A DNA stretch of 64,000 bases from Ranitomeya imitator (taxonomy: Eukaryota), in NCBI RefSeq assembly GCF_032444005.1, contig NC_091283.1, positions 836,008,001-836,072,000 of the forward strand. The letters run 5' to 3'. A program made the translations under genes and the position numbers. Positions 46,562 through 62,432 of this stretch are shown one piece after another. Position 1 is the stretch's first letter. Each line of letters begins with the position of its first letter. A model generated the notes under the pieces. The model did not search any database, had not been told where the DNA came from, and saw nothing but the letters and a program-made list of their open reading frames with translations.

Positions 46562-47039
46562 GAACGGTTTCCAATTTTTGTTATTTTTGACATGCAAATA
46601 ACTTTTTCTGAAGGAAGATGACATGATCTCCGATGCCTCTCATTGGATGTAGCAATCCTAATAGTCAATATCAACCCCTTACCGAGCCTTGCCACATGAC
46701 TTAGGGGAGGAAACCAAAACAGAAACTCCACTTTCACATGTTTTGAGGTGTTGTCCATCTTCAGTGCAAAGCAGGATATCTAATGTGTCTAGGTGAGAGG
46801 CCTCAGACTAGTGGTTAAAGGGGGAACATTTTCTTTTGCAGAGAGTGCCAAGACAGCTTTTTTGGGAAAATAAAACATATTATTGACTTAATAAGTCTTG
46901 TATGACCACATCATGGAGCATTGGGTTCTGTAGTGAGACTGCTCAGTAAAGGTTAAAACTATGATCTAATCATGTGCATCTCATCATTTTATTTGCATGG
47001 GCAACATCTACCTGGCATTGATTGACAAATGACTGTCTA

Positions 47040-47385
47040 GGTTCACATTACGTTAATGGGTTAATGCTAGCAGACTCCGTTACATGGCGAAATTGTCGCA
47101 ATTAACGCCATGCAACGGATCTGTTAGCGCACCCATTGACGGCAATGTGCTAACGGATCTCTAGCGCATCGCTAGCGCATGGCATTTTCGGCACGCGCTA
47201 GCGATGTCCCGTTAGTTCCGGATGGACCGCGGACACTGCTTGCAGCATCCAAGGTTCGTTCCTCGCTAGCACAGATCGGGTATCTGCGCTAGCGGGATCG
47301 GCAAACGCGATCCCTTTTGGGACATTGCGTTAGCGCAGTCCGTAGCGCTATCCGCTAAACGGACTGCCCTAACGCAATGTGAACC
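47040..47385. mobile_element. Palindromic MITE (Harbinger-like ends)
   Basis: GGTTCACATT..AATGTGAACC termini with internal symmetry; absent from the paralogous flanks of genes 1 and 2. Confidence 0.7.
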
Positions 47386-47807
47386 AATAGCTTCCATCCA
47401 AAAGGTATAAAGGGATCCATTGTATGTAGTCAGGACTTTAGATAGCACCGGATCTGTGCAGGCAATCACTTACAATTTGATGAGAGATAACAGAAACTGG
47501 GGTTTAGATCATGCAAAGTACGTGTACATCCACTTTTAATAGCATCATAGTGTTTGTTGTAAAGTAATCATTGTACACACAGGTCAGATCATCAATAAGA
47601 TCTGAAATATTATTTTTAAATCATCCTATAAAAGATAGGCCCCAATTATAGGATCGAAAGTCACCTATAAATGGGGTTATCAACTACTGGACCTTTGGAG
47701 CCTATTATTTTTTCAGTATGTACAAACTACAGCATATCAGGTACAGAAAAGTTTTGTGGTTATGCAGACAGGACGAAACCAAAAAGAAGTATATATTTGA
47801 ATGTTGC

Positions 47808-48441
47808 TGTAAGGCGGTGGTGGGGACCCTCATCTGCCCCCTCTCCCTTGTCTTATGTGGTGCCCCAGATGGTGTATCTGTATGCTAGAGTCAGGGATAG
47901 CAAGAGTTAATTCGGTGGGCTGGACTTGCAGCCTCAAAGGGACAGGAAGTTCCTGTCTCCTGAGCATAGCCAGGGCAGGTCTGCCCGTGGCAGGACATGT
48001 GTCCCCATCTACGACAGAAAGGACCCCTGGCTGAGGAAAGGATTGCCACAGGAATGTCGGGCAATAAAAAAGGGCACTAGGATTAAGGAGGTGCCCTCCA
48101 AGAGACGGTTAGCTTCCAGGAGCCGATTGGGAGCTTCTACTTCTGCTGCTGCTGTTGTCGATGGAACAGCATCTTTGAATAGGGACAGCTCAGGAATTGT
48201 TATCTTCTTCTCCACTTCATCTTCATTAATAAGTTGCCACTGTTGAGCTCTAAAAAGTGTGACATGTGGTGCATCCAGAGGATTGCGTTCCAGCATGGAG
48301 AGCAGCCGTGTGACAGAGGTAACCAACTGTGCCATAGGGCTGGGACTTGAAGTGTCTGTTCATGTGCAAGGGGCCAAGGTGCTCACAGACTGTGACCTAG
48401 TGGACTCGCCCATGACTACCACCCTGTGCCACCTTGTTACA
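47808..48441. mobile_element. Probable solo LTR of an unrelated family (634 bp)
   Basis: TGTAA..TTACA termini; interrupts sequence that is contiguous in the gene 1 flank. TSD not convincing. Confidence 0.55.
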
Positions 48442-48683
48442 TTATCAACATAGAAATAGTTTGGCAAATAATTGTAGAAGCTTCGTAGAAAGTAAAGTGG
48501 AGATGATCGAGCACATATCTCTGATTAACCCCAAAGTAAACCTGAGAAGATAGGTCGGAACAAATGTGACTTCAGACTAAACTAAGGTGTTGAATCCTTG
48601 AATCCAAGGGATTACCTGGATTTCACTACTGTAGATATGAGTGAATTTGCTCAGAAAATGTTTGCCAATCTCAAAGTTGGTAC

Positions 48684-50420
48684 TAGAGATGAGCGAATAT
48701 TTCAATATTCGACTTGGATTACTACGTTCGCTGAATTTGCAATATTCGCCTATTAATTCCTCGAATATTCGCCGAACATAACTGTTGTGAATTCTGTTGT
48801 CGGGCTCCTTCCTGCGGTCATGAATGGTACTTCGGCTGGTTCTGTCCATGGACTTCCTCTGGTGGGTGTTTCTGAGTTTCACAGGTGACGAGGTTAATTC
48901 GTTAGCTGCTGCTCTATTTAACTCCACTTAGATCTTTGCTCCATGCCACCTGTCAATGTTCCAGTATTGGTCTGTTCACTCCTGGATCGTTCTTGTGACC
49001 TGTCTTCCCATCAGAAGCTAAGTTCCAGCTTGTATTTCTTTGGTTTGCTATTTTTCTGTCCAGCTTGCTATTTAATTTGTTGTCTTGCTTGCTGGAAGCT
49101 CTGGGAAGCACAGGGAGCGCCTCCGCACCGTGAGTCGGTGCGGAGGGTCTTTTTGCGCCCTCTGCGTGGTCTTTTTGTAGGTTTTTGTGCTGACCGCAAA
49201 GTAACCTTTCCTATCCTCGGTCTGTTCAGTAAGTCGGGCCTCACTTTGCTAAATCTATTTCATCTCTGTGTTTGTATTTTCATCTTTACTCACAGTCATT
49301 ATATGTGGGGGCTGCCTTTTCCTTTGGGGAATTTCTCTGAGGCAAGGTAGGCTTTATTTTTCTATCTTCAGGGCTAGCTAGTTTCTTAGGCTGTGCCGAG
49401 TTGCATAGGGAGCGTTAGGCGCAATCCACGGCTATTTCTAGTGTGTTTGATAGGTTTAGGGATTGCGGTCAGCAGAGTTCCCACGTCCCAGAGCTCGTCC
49501 TTATTATCAGTAACTATCAGGTCATTCCGTGTGCTCTTAACCACCAGGTCCATTATTGTCCTGACCACCAGGTCATAACACATAACCGAACACCATTATA
49601 GTCAATGGGAGGCAAAAACAAATGCATGCACAACACCTTAGAACGTCCCCAAATGGTGACAAAAGGCATCAAATGAGGGACAGACACCAGGAAAGTCGCC
49701 TCAATTCACCCACAGTACAAATACAAATTGCAGCATGGAACTGCAGCAATCAGCCAGGCATGAGGTATCGTGGTCTGGGCCAGCATTTACAGCTTTCCAA
49801 TGAACATCACAGTAAAATGAGTGGGTGAGGGATCAGTGTAGGGCCCCTTTGCTGGGATACCACATGCAACAGCTCTACCTGCTTTCATGCTGAGCCACAC
49901 TCAGGTGGCACAAATATCAGTTTTGTAAACTACCATTGTCAGAAAAATGTAAGGATAGTAACATGGGTAGTTGAATGCAAGGAAGTGGAGGCCTGACGGT
50001 CTCAGAGGCCTACTGCTACAGGTAACACACGTGAAGGAGACCCAACCAGGAGTGTTCACATTTCCAAAAAATATTGGCAGACACCACCAAAGTGGCATCA
50101 ATTTCACCACAGTAGAAATAGTCTAATAGGGACAAACAGGTCTTCCACTACACCCAATCCAGCAGATGGACACCCAACCAGGAGTGTTCACGTTTCCCAA
50201 AATTATTTGCAGACACCACCAATGTGGCATCAATTTCACCACAGTAGAAATAGTAGATTAGGGACGACAGGTTTTTCACTACACCCAATCCAGCAGATGA
50301 ACACCCATTCAGGAGGGTTCACATTTAAAGAAATGAGGGCCTTACCCCACAAAAGTGGCATCAATTTCACCACAGTAGAAATAGTCTAAAAGGGACCAAG
50401 AGGTCTTTCGCTACACCCAA
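48684..50420 (-). mobile_element. hAT element right end, inverted (TIR, spacer, ~3 units of the 133-bp array)
   Basis: TAGAGATGAGCGAA at 48684; 49590-50420 is the reverse complement of the spacer and array seen at 23810-24850. Confidence 0.75.
48783..49580 (+). mobile_element. Solo LTR (798 bp) related to element A
   Basis: TGTTGTGAATTC..CATAACA termini; CATAAC TSD at 48777-48782 and 49581-49586; aligns to the reverse complement of the A LTR. Confidence 0.93.
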
Positions 50421-50524
50421 TGCTATGCTCATGCGTGGAGCACAATAGAAGCAGTGCACAACACACTTGTATGACATATGCCCTGCTGCCTTTGTCTGTG
50501 GACCTCAGTAATGGCAAATATATA

Positions 50525-52062
50525 CACTGCTCAAAAAATAAAGAGCACACTTAAACAACAGAATATAACTCCAAGTAAATCAAACTTCTGTGAAATCAAA
50601 CTGTCCACTTAGGAAGCAAGACTGATTGACAATCAATTTCACATGCTGTTGTGCAAATGGAATAGACAACAGATGGAAATTATTGGCAATTATCAAGACA
50701 CACTCAATAAAGGAGTGGTTCTGCAGGTGGGGACCACAGACCACATCTCAGTATCAATGCTTTCTGGCTGATGTTTTGGTCACTTTTGAATGTTGGTTGT
50801 GCTTTCACACTCGTGGTAACATGAGACGGACTCTACAAGCCATACAAATGGCTCAGGTAGTGCAGCTCATCCAGAATGGCACATCAATGTGAGCTGTGGC
50901 AAGAAGGTTTGCTGTGTCTGGCAGTGTAGTGTCCAAAGGCTGGAGACGCTACCAGTAGACAGGCCAGTACACCAGGAGATGTGGAGGGGCCGTAGGAGAA
51001 CAACAACCCAGCAGCAGGACCGCTACCTCAGCCTTTGTGCAAGGAGGAACAGGAAGAGCACTGCCAGAGCCCTGCAAAATGACCACCAGCAGTCCACAAA
51101 TGTGCATGTGTCTGCACAAATGGTTAGAAACTGACTCCATGAGGATGGTCTGAGTGCCCGACGTCCAGAGATGGGGGTTGTGCTCACAGCCCAACACCGT
51201 GCAGGATGCTTGACATTTGCCACAGAACACCAGGATTGGCAAATTCGCCACTGGCGCCCTGTGGCAGACGTGACAGAGTCTGGAGACGCCGTGGAGAGCA
51301 ATCTGCTGCCTGCAACATCCTTCAGCATGACTGGTTTGGCAGTGGGTCAGTATTGGTGTGGGGTGGCATTTCTTTGGAGGGCCGCACAGCCCTCCATGTG
51401 CTCATCAGAGGTAGCCTGACTGCCATTAGGTACCGAGATGAGATCCTCAGACCCCTTGTGAGACCATATGCTGGTGCTGTCGGCCCTGGGTTCCTCCTAA
51501 TGCAGGACAATACCAGACCTCATGTGGCTGGAGTGTGTCAGCAGTTCCTGCAAGATGAAGGCATTGAAGCTACGGACTGGCCCGCCCATTCCCCAGACCT
51601 GAATCCTATTGAACACATTTGGGACAACATGTCTCGCACCATCCACCAACGTCACCTTGCACCACAGACTGTCCAGGAGTTGGCGGATGCTTTAGTCCAG
51701 GTCTGGGAGGAGATCCCTCAGGAGACCATCCGCCGCCTCATCAGGAGCATGCCCAGGCATTGTAGTGAGATCATACAGGCACGTGGAGGCCATACACACT
51801 ACTGACCATCATTTCCTTGTCTTGAGGCATTTCCACTGAAGTTGGATCAGCCTGTAACTTCATTTTCCACTTTGATTTTGAGCATCATTCCAACTCCAGA
51901 CCTCCATGGGATATTAGTTGTGATTTACGTTGATCATTTTTAGATTTTATTGTTCTCAACACATTCCACTATGTAATTAATTAAGATTTACAACTGGAAT
52001 ATTTCATTCAGTGATATCTAGGATGTGGGATTTTTGTGTTCCCTTTATTTTTTTGAGCAGTG
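50525..52062 (+). mobile_element. Tc1 (DD34E) element with a decayed transposase (about 50821-51805)
   Basis: CACTGCTCAAAAAA TIRs with TA TSDs. QDNTRPH...SPDLNPIE gives D34E spacing. Premature stop near 50890; the first catalytic Asp region appears deleted. Confidence 0.93.
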
Positions 52063-53745
52063 TATAAATATATTGCTGAAGGGTCGATTTCACAGCCACA
52101 CAGGACGCTACCTAACTAAACTATCTGAGTAAGAAACAACCGCCTAATTAGCTACCTAAAATCTAGCTGCTAACACTGCCAGCATCAGGAGCAGCTTCTC
52201 TGCGCTGTTACAGTGTCAACATGGCGCTAAAACAAGATGTCTGCTCTTTATATGGAGAGGTACATGCCAACCCAGCAGCCAGTGACACAAGCCATTGTGT
52301 CAGGACACTGTGGATGTTTCCTGCACCCGGATTGGCTAGCCGCAATGTGCACACATAAAGTTAGAAGAAAAAAATGACTGTTTACAAGCACGTGGCGCCT
52401 CTGAGCTCTGCAACCCCCCTCCCCTCATCAAACACGTGCCAAACGCTCATGATACACCACCATTATCATAGCCAAAGTGCTGAAAATACTTTAGTTGCAG
52501 CACAAATATTTTCCCACATTTTTTTACCAAATGTTTCTGATTTTATAAAAATGTGCTCGTGTTTCCGATCACGATGTGAAATGTGCTATATTCGTGCCGA
52601 ATTTATGCTTGGTGATCCCTTTCGCTCATTACTAGTCATAAATATGTATTATATATATTACAGAGGTCCAATCTGTACCATCTTAAACAGAATGCGCCAA
52701 AATCCTAATGTCACAGGTGTGACCGTGAAGCAGTCTATCATGAGCATTAGCACGGCCTGTCATCAAAGCGTACCTGTCAGCTTATCTTCACCTCCCTCTC
52801 ATTCCCCAGTGACTGATCTGTGTGCACATCGCCATAGAGAATTACGTGGGCGGGGTCACATGACATGGATCACATGACCAAAAATGCCCCATGATGCGCA
52901 AGCACGGTGCGCATGCGCGATCGGTGCATAGTAATGAGTCTCAGCGGGGAGCGTCATTCCGGCCACAGTGGTAACCATGGCATCGGGACTGCCCCCATGA
53001 CATCAAGGAAGCAACCCAACTGGGTCACATCATTGCGGCATACTCAGGGTCACTCACTAGCCCTATACATGCATAACACACACATACATAGCCCTACACA
53101 AACATAACCACCATAATGATCCGCATAACAGTATTGTAGGAAAAGAAAAAGGAAGAAGCAGAAGGTAAGGGGATGAGTCAAGGAAAGACATATGGACAAT
53201 CAAAGTCACAAAAACAACACTGTCAATCATGTATATATCAATATTCTCTTGTCTATCGTAGGAACCCCCTCTCCTCTTTGTACTTTCAACATTGGTATAT
53301 TTTAATTACATATCTCTGTTGGTGTTTTTTGTCTTTAGATATTTATTCGCATTTTATGGAATAACAGGAGGGCATGGGGACTGAGATTGATGGAAGACAT
53401 TAAATATGTAGGGCTCTTTGCCCTGAGTATCCCACGATCATGTGACCCATATGGGTTGCTCCCTTGATGTCATGGGGTCAGTTCAATGTTAATGCTCATG
53501 ATTGGCCGCTTCACGGTCACACATATGACATTAGAATTTTGCCACATTCTGTTCTTGAAGGTTCGGATTGGACCTCTGTAATCTATGTGATACATATTCA
53601 TGACTCACCTTATGATTATTGGCTTCTGGTATCCATGAAGATAGGGATGCCATGATTCGATTGGCTGATCACTTTTTGCAGTATTTCATAAACAACTCAT
53701 ACATCACGCTATGGAGGTGCCAATTTTCAACCAGTTTAATATATA

Positions 53746-54273
53746 CAGCTCTGGCAAATATTAAGAGACCACCACATGAAACCCCTGTCATGGCCGCCCA
53801 ATCTCGAGACCTGAACCCCATTGAAAACCTCTGGAATGTAATCAAGAGGATGATGGATAGTGACAAGTCATCAAACACAGAAGAACTGCTGACATTATTG
53901 TACCAGGAGCCGTGTGAGAGACTGATGGAAAGCTGCCAAGACGCAAGAAAGCTGTGATTAAAAATCATGGTTATTCCACAAAATATTTATTTCTGAGTTA
54001 AAACATTAGTATTGTTGTTTCTAAATGATTATGAACTTGCTTTCTTTGCCTTATGTGAGGTCTGAATGCACTGGGTTGTTTTTTTTAAATTTTAACCATT
54101 TTTCTTTGTCAGAAAAAAAATACAAAATTTATTGCTTGAAAATTCGGAGACATGTTGTCTGAAGTTTATCGAATAAATGAGCAATTTACATTTTACTCAA
54201 AAATATACCTATAAAGAGAAAAATCAGACACACTGAACATTTTGCAGTGGTCTCTTAATTTTTGCCAGAGCTG
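53746..54273 (+). mobile_element. Internally deleted Tc1 element (528 bp)
   Basis: CAGCTCTGGCAAA.ATTAAGAGACCAC TIRs with TA TSDs; SRDLNPIENLWNVIK fragment. Confidence 0.9.
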
Positions 54274-54619
54274 TAGGTATGGTTCATGCTGCTCAGAGAA
54301 ATTGTGTGTGTATTTCCTTTGAATTTGTATATAAATTATGTAATTTATGTTTGTGGTGTCGGCTTCTGTGGTGATTGGTGCAGATTGGGTCTCCACGCTA
54401 TATAAACCAGCCCTGTATAATATGCTTTTTGGACTCTATCACTTGGACTGGACGTTATTCTCAATCTATATTGAAAGTTGCTGGTTTTCTGAGTGGGTTC
54501 CTTGGATCGTTAACGGCCGTCCATAATTGGTGAGTGCTGTCAGCCCTTTCTCATGTCTTTGGTGTCAATTTTAGTGTCATGTATTGATATTGCGTTATTA
54601 CAGTCTGTGCCGCCTTTGT

Positions 54620-55783
54620 CGTGGCTTCTGTGGCTGCTGTTGCTACTGCTGCTGATGTTGCAAACAGTTTTTTGAAATGTGGAGACTTCAGGTTGGGTCT
54701 CCGTCAGGTGGGTTGCCTGTGTAAGTGGGCTTCCAGATTGGCAGGCCTGCACTTACTTTCAGTCAACGACCTGCATTACTATCCTTACATTTTTGTACCA
54801 GTAGTACTGTATGAAATGTTTGTGCCATCTGAGTATGGCTGGAAGAAAAAAATGTGTAGCATGAGGTATCAGGGCTCCCAGAGTTTTTAGTAATACTGTT
54901 TTTTTTATCAAAAAATAGCACAAAACCCATCTCACCGCGTCAAGGTAACTCTGATAGGGACAGTCCTACACTGTCTAATATTAAAACCTTTCCATGTGTC
55001 AATGTTGACCTCAGTGTGAATAAGGGCAGACACCCCGGGGTGTGGCCTTCCTGTTTCTAAGCTAGAGACTATATAAGGCTTCCCCAGTCTGGTGTTTCAC
55101 TGGTTGGGCCCAGTCCTTTCGTCTGCCCTTATTCACACTGAGGTCAACATTGACACAATGTAAGGTTTTAATATTAGATAGTGTAGGACTGTCCCTATCA
55201 GAGTTACCTTGACGCGGTGGGATGGCTTTTGTGCTATTTTTTTAATCAAAAAACAGTATTACTAAAAACTCTGTGTTATTTAAATGCACTTTTCCTTTTT
55301 TGCTTAGTTACATCAGGGTTTTCGCTTACTTTTTTCTCTTGTAGGTTATAATGTTTTGTGGCCAATGTGAACATGCGTTTAACCTCTGCATGTGTACCAA
55401 CTCAAGTGAAGCTCAATTTTTGTGTTTTTTTTTCTCCCAGATAAGAAGGCTTACACTGCTCCCTCAGCCACCACGTCTTAATTGTAACTTCAAAGCTGTA
55501 AATGCTGGGCCAGACCCTGATAACTCATACATGGACCATGGCTGACTGCTGCTGTGCCATTTGCAAATTTCTACTGTGGGTCAATTGATGCCACTATTCA
55601 TGGTGTCTGCCCCTTATTTTAGCTGTTGGTTGAGCTTTTTGTCAGCCCTTGAGTTGTTGTGTATAGGTTTGGTTTGGCCTCCCATTGAATCTAATTGTGT
55701 TCGGGTGCGTTCGGCGAAACATTCAACGACCATCTAAACGAACGGCGAATTGAACAGAACCTTGAAAGGGTCGCTCATCTCTA
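54620..55783 (+). mobile_element. hAT element right end (partial array unit, spacer, TIR) carrying a fold-back insertion
   Basis: Homologous spacer; ends GGGTCGCTCATCTCTA at 55783. Confidence 0.7.
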
Positions 55784-56378
55784 GTCAACAGCAGTGCAAG
55801 TTTATGTGATCAATATATTCAAAGTACACATATTTGTTATACAGTACTTCTTGTAGTACAAAGTTTGGAATCTTTCTCTCTCGCTTTTCCATCACCTCAC
55901 ACCCCCCCCTAAGGTTATTTTAACAAGAAAACATATTGGATACAGTATTGGGAAATTATAAAATATTCTAAACACTGTTCCAAAGGAAATGGACTACTTG
56001 AGATTCACCGCAAATAAATTCGCCACAAATTGAATTTTTTATTTTTTTAAGATTTACCAAACCTGGCAAATTTGAATTTCAAAAGTTTTGATGATTCTAA
56101 TCATTAGTGAAGTGGAGGGGGCAGATATTTTTCAATCAATTAGAAAAGCCTTACTTTTGGAATATAAAATTGGAATCAGTTCAGCCTCATATGGGATATT
56201 TGGCTCCGTAGGAAATTAAATCGAAGAAAATGGACCTTCCCATGTCCGGTGCATTATAAACTGAAGCAGTGATTTTGTTTTATTCTTTTTATTGAAACGT
56301 GAATTGCCACAAAGTTGGGAATTACAATAAAGTTAAACGAGTAAAGTAACGAGATGACCATCACAAAAGGGAAAATGT

Positions 56379-59019
<2,641 letters not shown>

Positions 59020-60396
59020 GATGAATCCAGGATGAGTATGGAGGGTAAACCACAGATATTTATACCTAAAAAGTTATCACCCCTCTAACACCTCGTCACT
59101 CAAGTAAAAATTAATCAATACCTACATAACCTAAAATATACATGTAATCTATGGATGAAGGTCACTTATATGGAAATGTTCTACTGACCTGTTCAGTAGA
59201 TACAACTTTGGCAATAATTTTCCTTCCCGGGAAGTAAATCAGCATTATTTTGTTTGTCTTAGGTTGTGTTCTTTATGTTCTTTGGTTGTGTACTGTTAGT
59301 GATACATTTAGATGCATGAGTGGTTGCACATGTCCCACCACTACCACCACCATAAATCTAGATACTTTCCTTGCAAGCTGAATTGAAATAATTGAGTTGT
59401 TTGCTGCCATTTCCCAAAATATCCTTCGAAATTCCATCTCGATTTTGCAAAGTTTGAATTTGTCCTACTGCATTTTTTCTAAAATGATTTTTAATGGGTT
59501 CATTCTATTTTTAGTAATGGTGCCTCTCTCTTTTCAACCCCTTGGTCCCCTAAGCCGTAGCACAAGGACGGTAATTCACAACACCTAGCTATTTTGGTGA
59601 CTCCGTCAGCCATGAAGAAATAGACGCTGACGGAAGCCTGGGAATTTTTTTGCCCTTTTGAAAAGGAGCCAAAATTGATGCATGGACAGGGTAAGCTGTG
59701 TTCACTGCTTGGTGAAGCTTTAGTTGAGCTGATGCCTACTGACTGCATGTTTGGCTGGAAGACCTCTATATGCCCCTTTAGCGCCAATGCTCCCCAAACT
59801 GTGCCAGAGGAAACATCAGCAAGGATTACAGTATATACGAAATGATGGACCAGATGTCTGCTGTGCTAACCTGACCCACATCAGCAAACACTGGACGAAG
59901 AAGTCATACATTTTTGTGGGACCTCCAATTGGGTTACGGCAGACCGCTGTGGATTGTTTTTTTTGGAATAAATGGGTGAAAGAAGGAATTTGACAGGAAA
60001 TTATTTTTTTTCAAATAAAGGAATTTTATGTGTGCGTTTATTTCTTTTGACCACAGGGTTAGTAATTTGGGTGTCTGGCAGATTCTTTTGACCACAGGGT
60101 TAGTAATGGGGGTGTCTGGCAGATACCTCTCCATTATTAACCAGATGGTTTCATGTTAGCGATATCAGTTATGTCAGACCTTCCCAGTCTATTAATATCA
60201 ACATCCACCTGTCTAATTTGCCTTAGCTGGTTATTAAAAATAGGGGGAATCTCCTCGCGGGCAGGATCCTCCTTCCCCCTGTACTAGTCAATAACTCATT
60301 TTGTTCAAGATTATTGTACTTGTTTTTTATTATGTACACCCCTCTTCACATGTAAAGCGCCTTGGAATAAATGGTGCTAGAATAATAAATAATAAT

Positions 60397-60818
60397 TAGC
60401 GATGAGTGAGTATACTCGCTGCTCGGGTTTTCCCGAGCACGTTCGGGTGACCTCTGAATATTTGTTATGGCTCGGAGATATAGTTTTCATCGCCTCAGTT
60501 GCATGATTTACGGCAGGGGTGCAAAACTGCATTCCTCGAGGGCTGCAAACAGGTCATGTTTTCAGGATTTCCTTGTACTGCACAGGTGATAATTTAATCC
60601 CCTACACAAATAATGAGTTGGTGATTAAAGTATCACCTGTGCAGTACAAGGAAATCCTGAAAACATGACCTGTTTGCAGCTCTCGAGGAATGCAGTTTGA
60701 CACCCCTTCATCATGCAACTGAGGCGATGAAAACTATATCTCCGAGCAATGACAAATACTTGGAGGTCACTCGAGCGTGCTCGGGAAAACCCGAGCAACG
60801 AGTACACTCGTTCATCAC

Positions 60819-60820
<2 letters not shown>
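60397..60820. mobile_element. hAT MITE in an (AAT)n tract, with a second palindromic MITE as its core (60514-60708)
   Basis: TAGCGATGAG..TTCATCACTA termini; ATAATAAT 8-bp TSD; inner CAGGGGTG..CACCCCT palindrome. Confidence 0.85.
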
Positions 60821-60849
<29 letters not shown>

Positions 60850-61109
60850 GTGCTTTACCTCAATCCCATGCCAAATCTACACTGCTCTGAACTGCTGTAT
60901 AAAGTCGTCCGTACGTCTGCTCTGGGTAGGCTCACACAACCGTTTTCCTTCCATCGAAGAAAAACGGTCCGATTATGCTAATCAGACTGTGATCATAGTT
61001 TGATGACAGTGGGATGGAGAGAGACTGGGTGGAGAGGAAAAAAAAGTCTCTTCATCTTTACCATTATGTCAGTCCCTGAAAATCAGACTGCACTGGAATA
61101 TCATCTGAA

Positions 61110-62200
61110 ATGTAATTAATACTTCATACAAAAGCCTTTGTTGGCGATGACGGTTTCAAGAAAACTAGTATCATGTATTGCTCAGGTGGGATTTTGGTCC
61201 ATTCTTCCAAACATTCTTCAAATGCTGAAGCTTCCGTGTGCTACTTCTATGAAGTCTGAGCTTTAGGTCCATACATTTTCTATTGGATTCATGATTAGTT
61301 GAGCCATTCTAGCAGATTTATTTTCTTTCTCTGAAAAAAATTGAGTGTTTCATTGGTTGTGTATTTGGAATAAATTTCTTGCTGAAGTGTCCACCCTCGC
61401 AGTATCTTCACCATCCTGGCAGATGACAGCAAATTTTTATCAAGAATGTCTCTGTAAATTTGTCCATTCATCCTTCATTCAATCATATGAAGTTTGCCAG
61501 TGCCATATGCTGAAAAACAGCCCCACATGATGTTCCCACCTCCAAATTTCTCTTTTGGTATGGTGCTTTTGGTATGATATGAGGTTTTGGTATGATATGC
61601 TGTTCCTTTTGACCTCCAAACATGGTGTGTATTATGACATCCTAAGAGTCAACTTTTGGTCTCAACTGACCAGACTATATCCTCCCAGTGTTTCGCAGAC
61701 TTGTCTAAATGTTCTTGAGCAAACTTTAAACATGCTTGAACATGCTTTTTGTTCAGCAATGGAATGTTGCATGGTGAGCATACATGCAGGCAATGGAGGT
61801 TGCGTGGTGAGAGTGCATACAGGCAATGGAAGTTGAGTGCATTACTTACTGTTTTACTTTAAGTAATTGCACCTGCTGATTTCATGGCTTTTGGTAGCTC
61901 CACAAATGGTCCATGGCTCTTGGACAACTCTTCTGATAGTTATTTTTCAATCCTCTGACTGAAATCTTGCGAAGAGCACCTGGTCATGTCCAATTTATGG
62001 TGAAATGATGTTCTCCCACTTCTGGATTATACAGTGCTCACTGGAATCTTCAATAGTTTAGAAATTCTTCTGTAACCAATGCCATCAGTATGTTTAGCAA
62101 TAATAAGGTTGCAAAGGTTTTGAGACAACTCGCTGGTTTTACCCATCATGATGTTTATTGTGTGGCACCTTAGTAATGAGACACCTTTTTATATGGCTGT
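61110..62200 (-). mobile_element. Highly decayed Tc1-like remnant
   Basis: Recalled Tc1-like sequence stretches (ATACTTCATACAAAAGCCTTTGTTGG, CCCACATGATGTTCCCACC). No intact ORF or TIR pair; boundaries approximate. Confidence 0.45.
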
Positions 62201-62360
62201 TGGGCCAATTTATGAGCTAAGTACCTTCATGAAGACCTTGTGTCATGACGTTGTGGGTGGTTTCTGTGCCCTGATTAGTTGCTGGAATGAAAAATATTTA
62301 GAATTGAGAGTCCTCAGTGGTTGATACCTTTTAATGGCTAAGTGAAAAGATGGTAACAAA

Positions 62361-62401
62361 TTGCAAGCTTTCGAGACTACATACGTCTCTTCATCAGGCA
62401 A
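62361..62401 (-). ncRNA. Minimal type I hammerhead ribozyme motif
   Basis: Minus strand reads UUGC-CUGAUGA-A-GAGAC-guaugua-GUCUC-GAAAGCUU-GCAA. Confidence 0.75.
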
Positions 62402-62432
62402 AGACAGATAAATTTCTTCAATTTCTGCTTTA

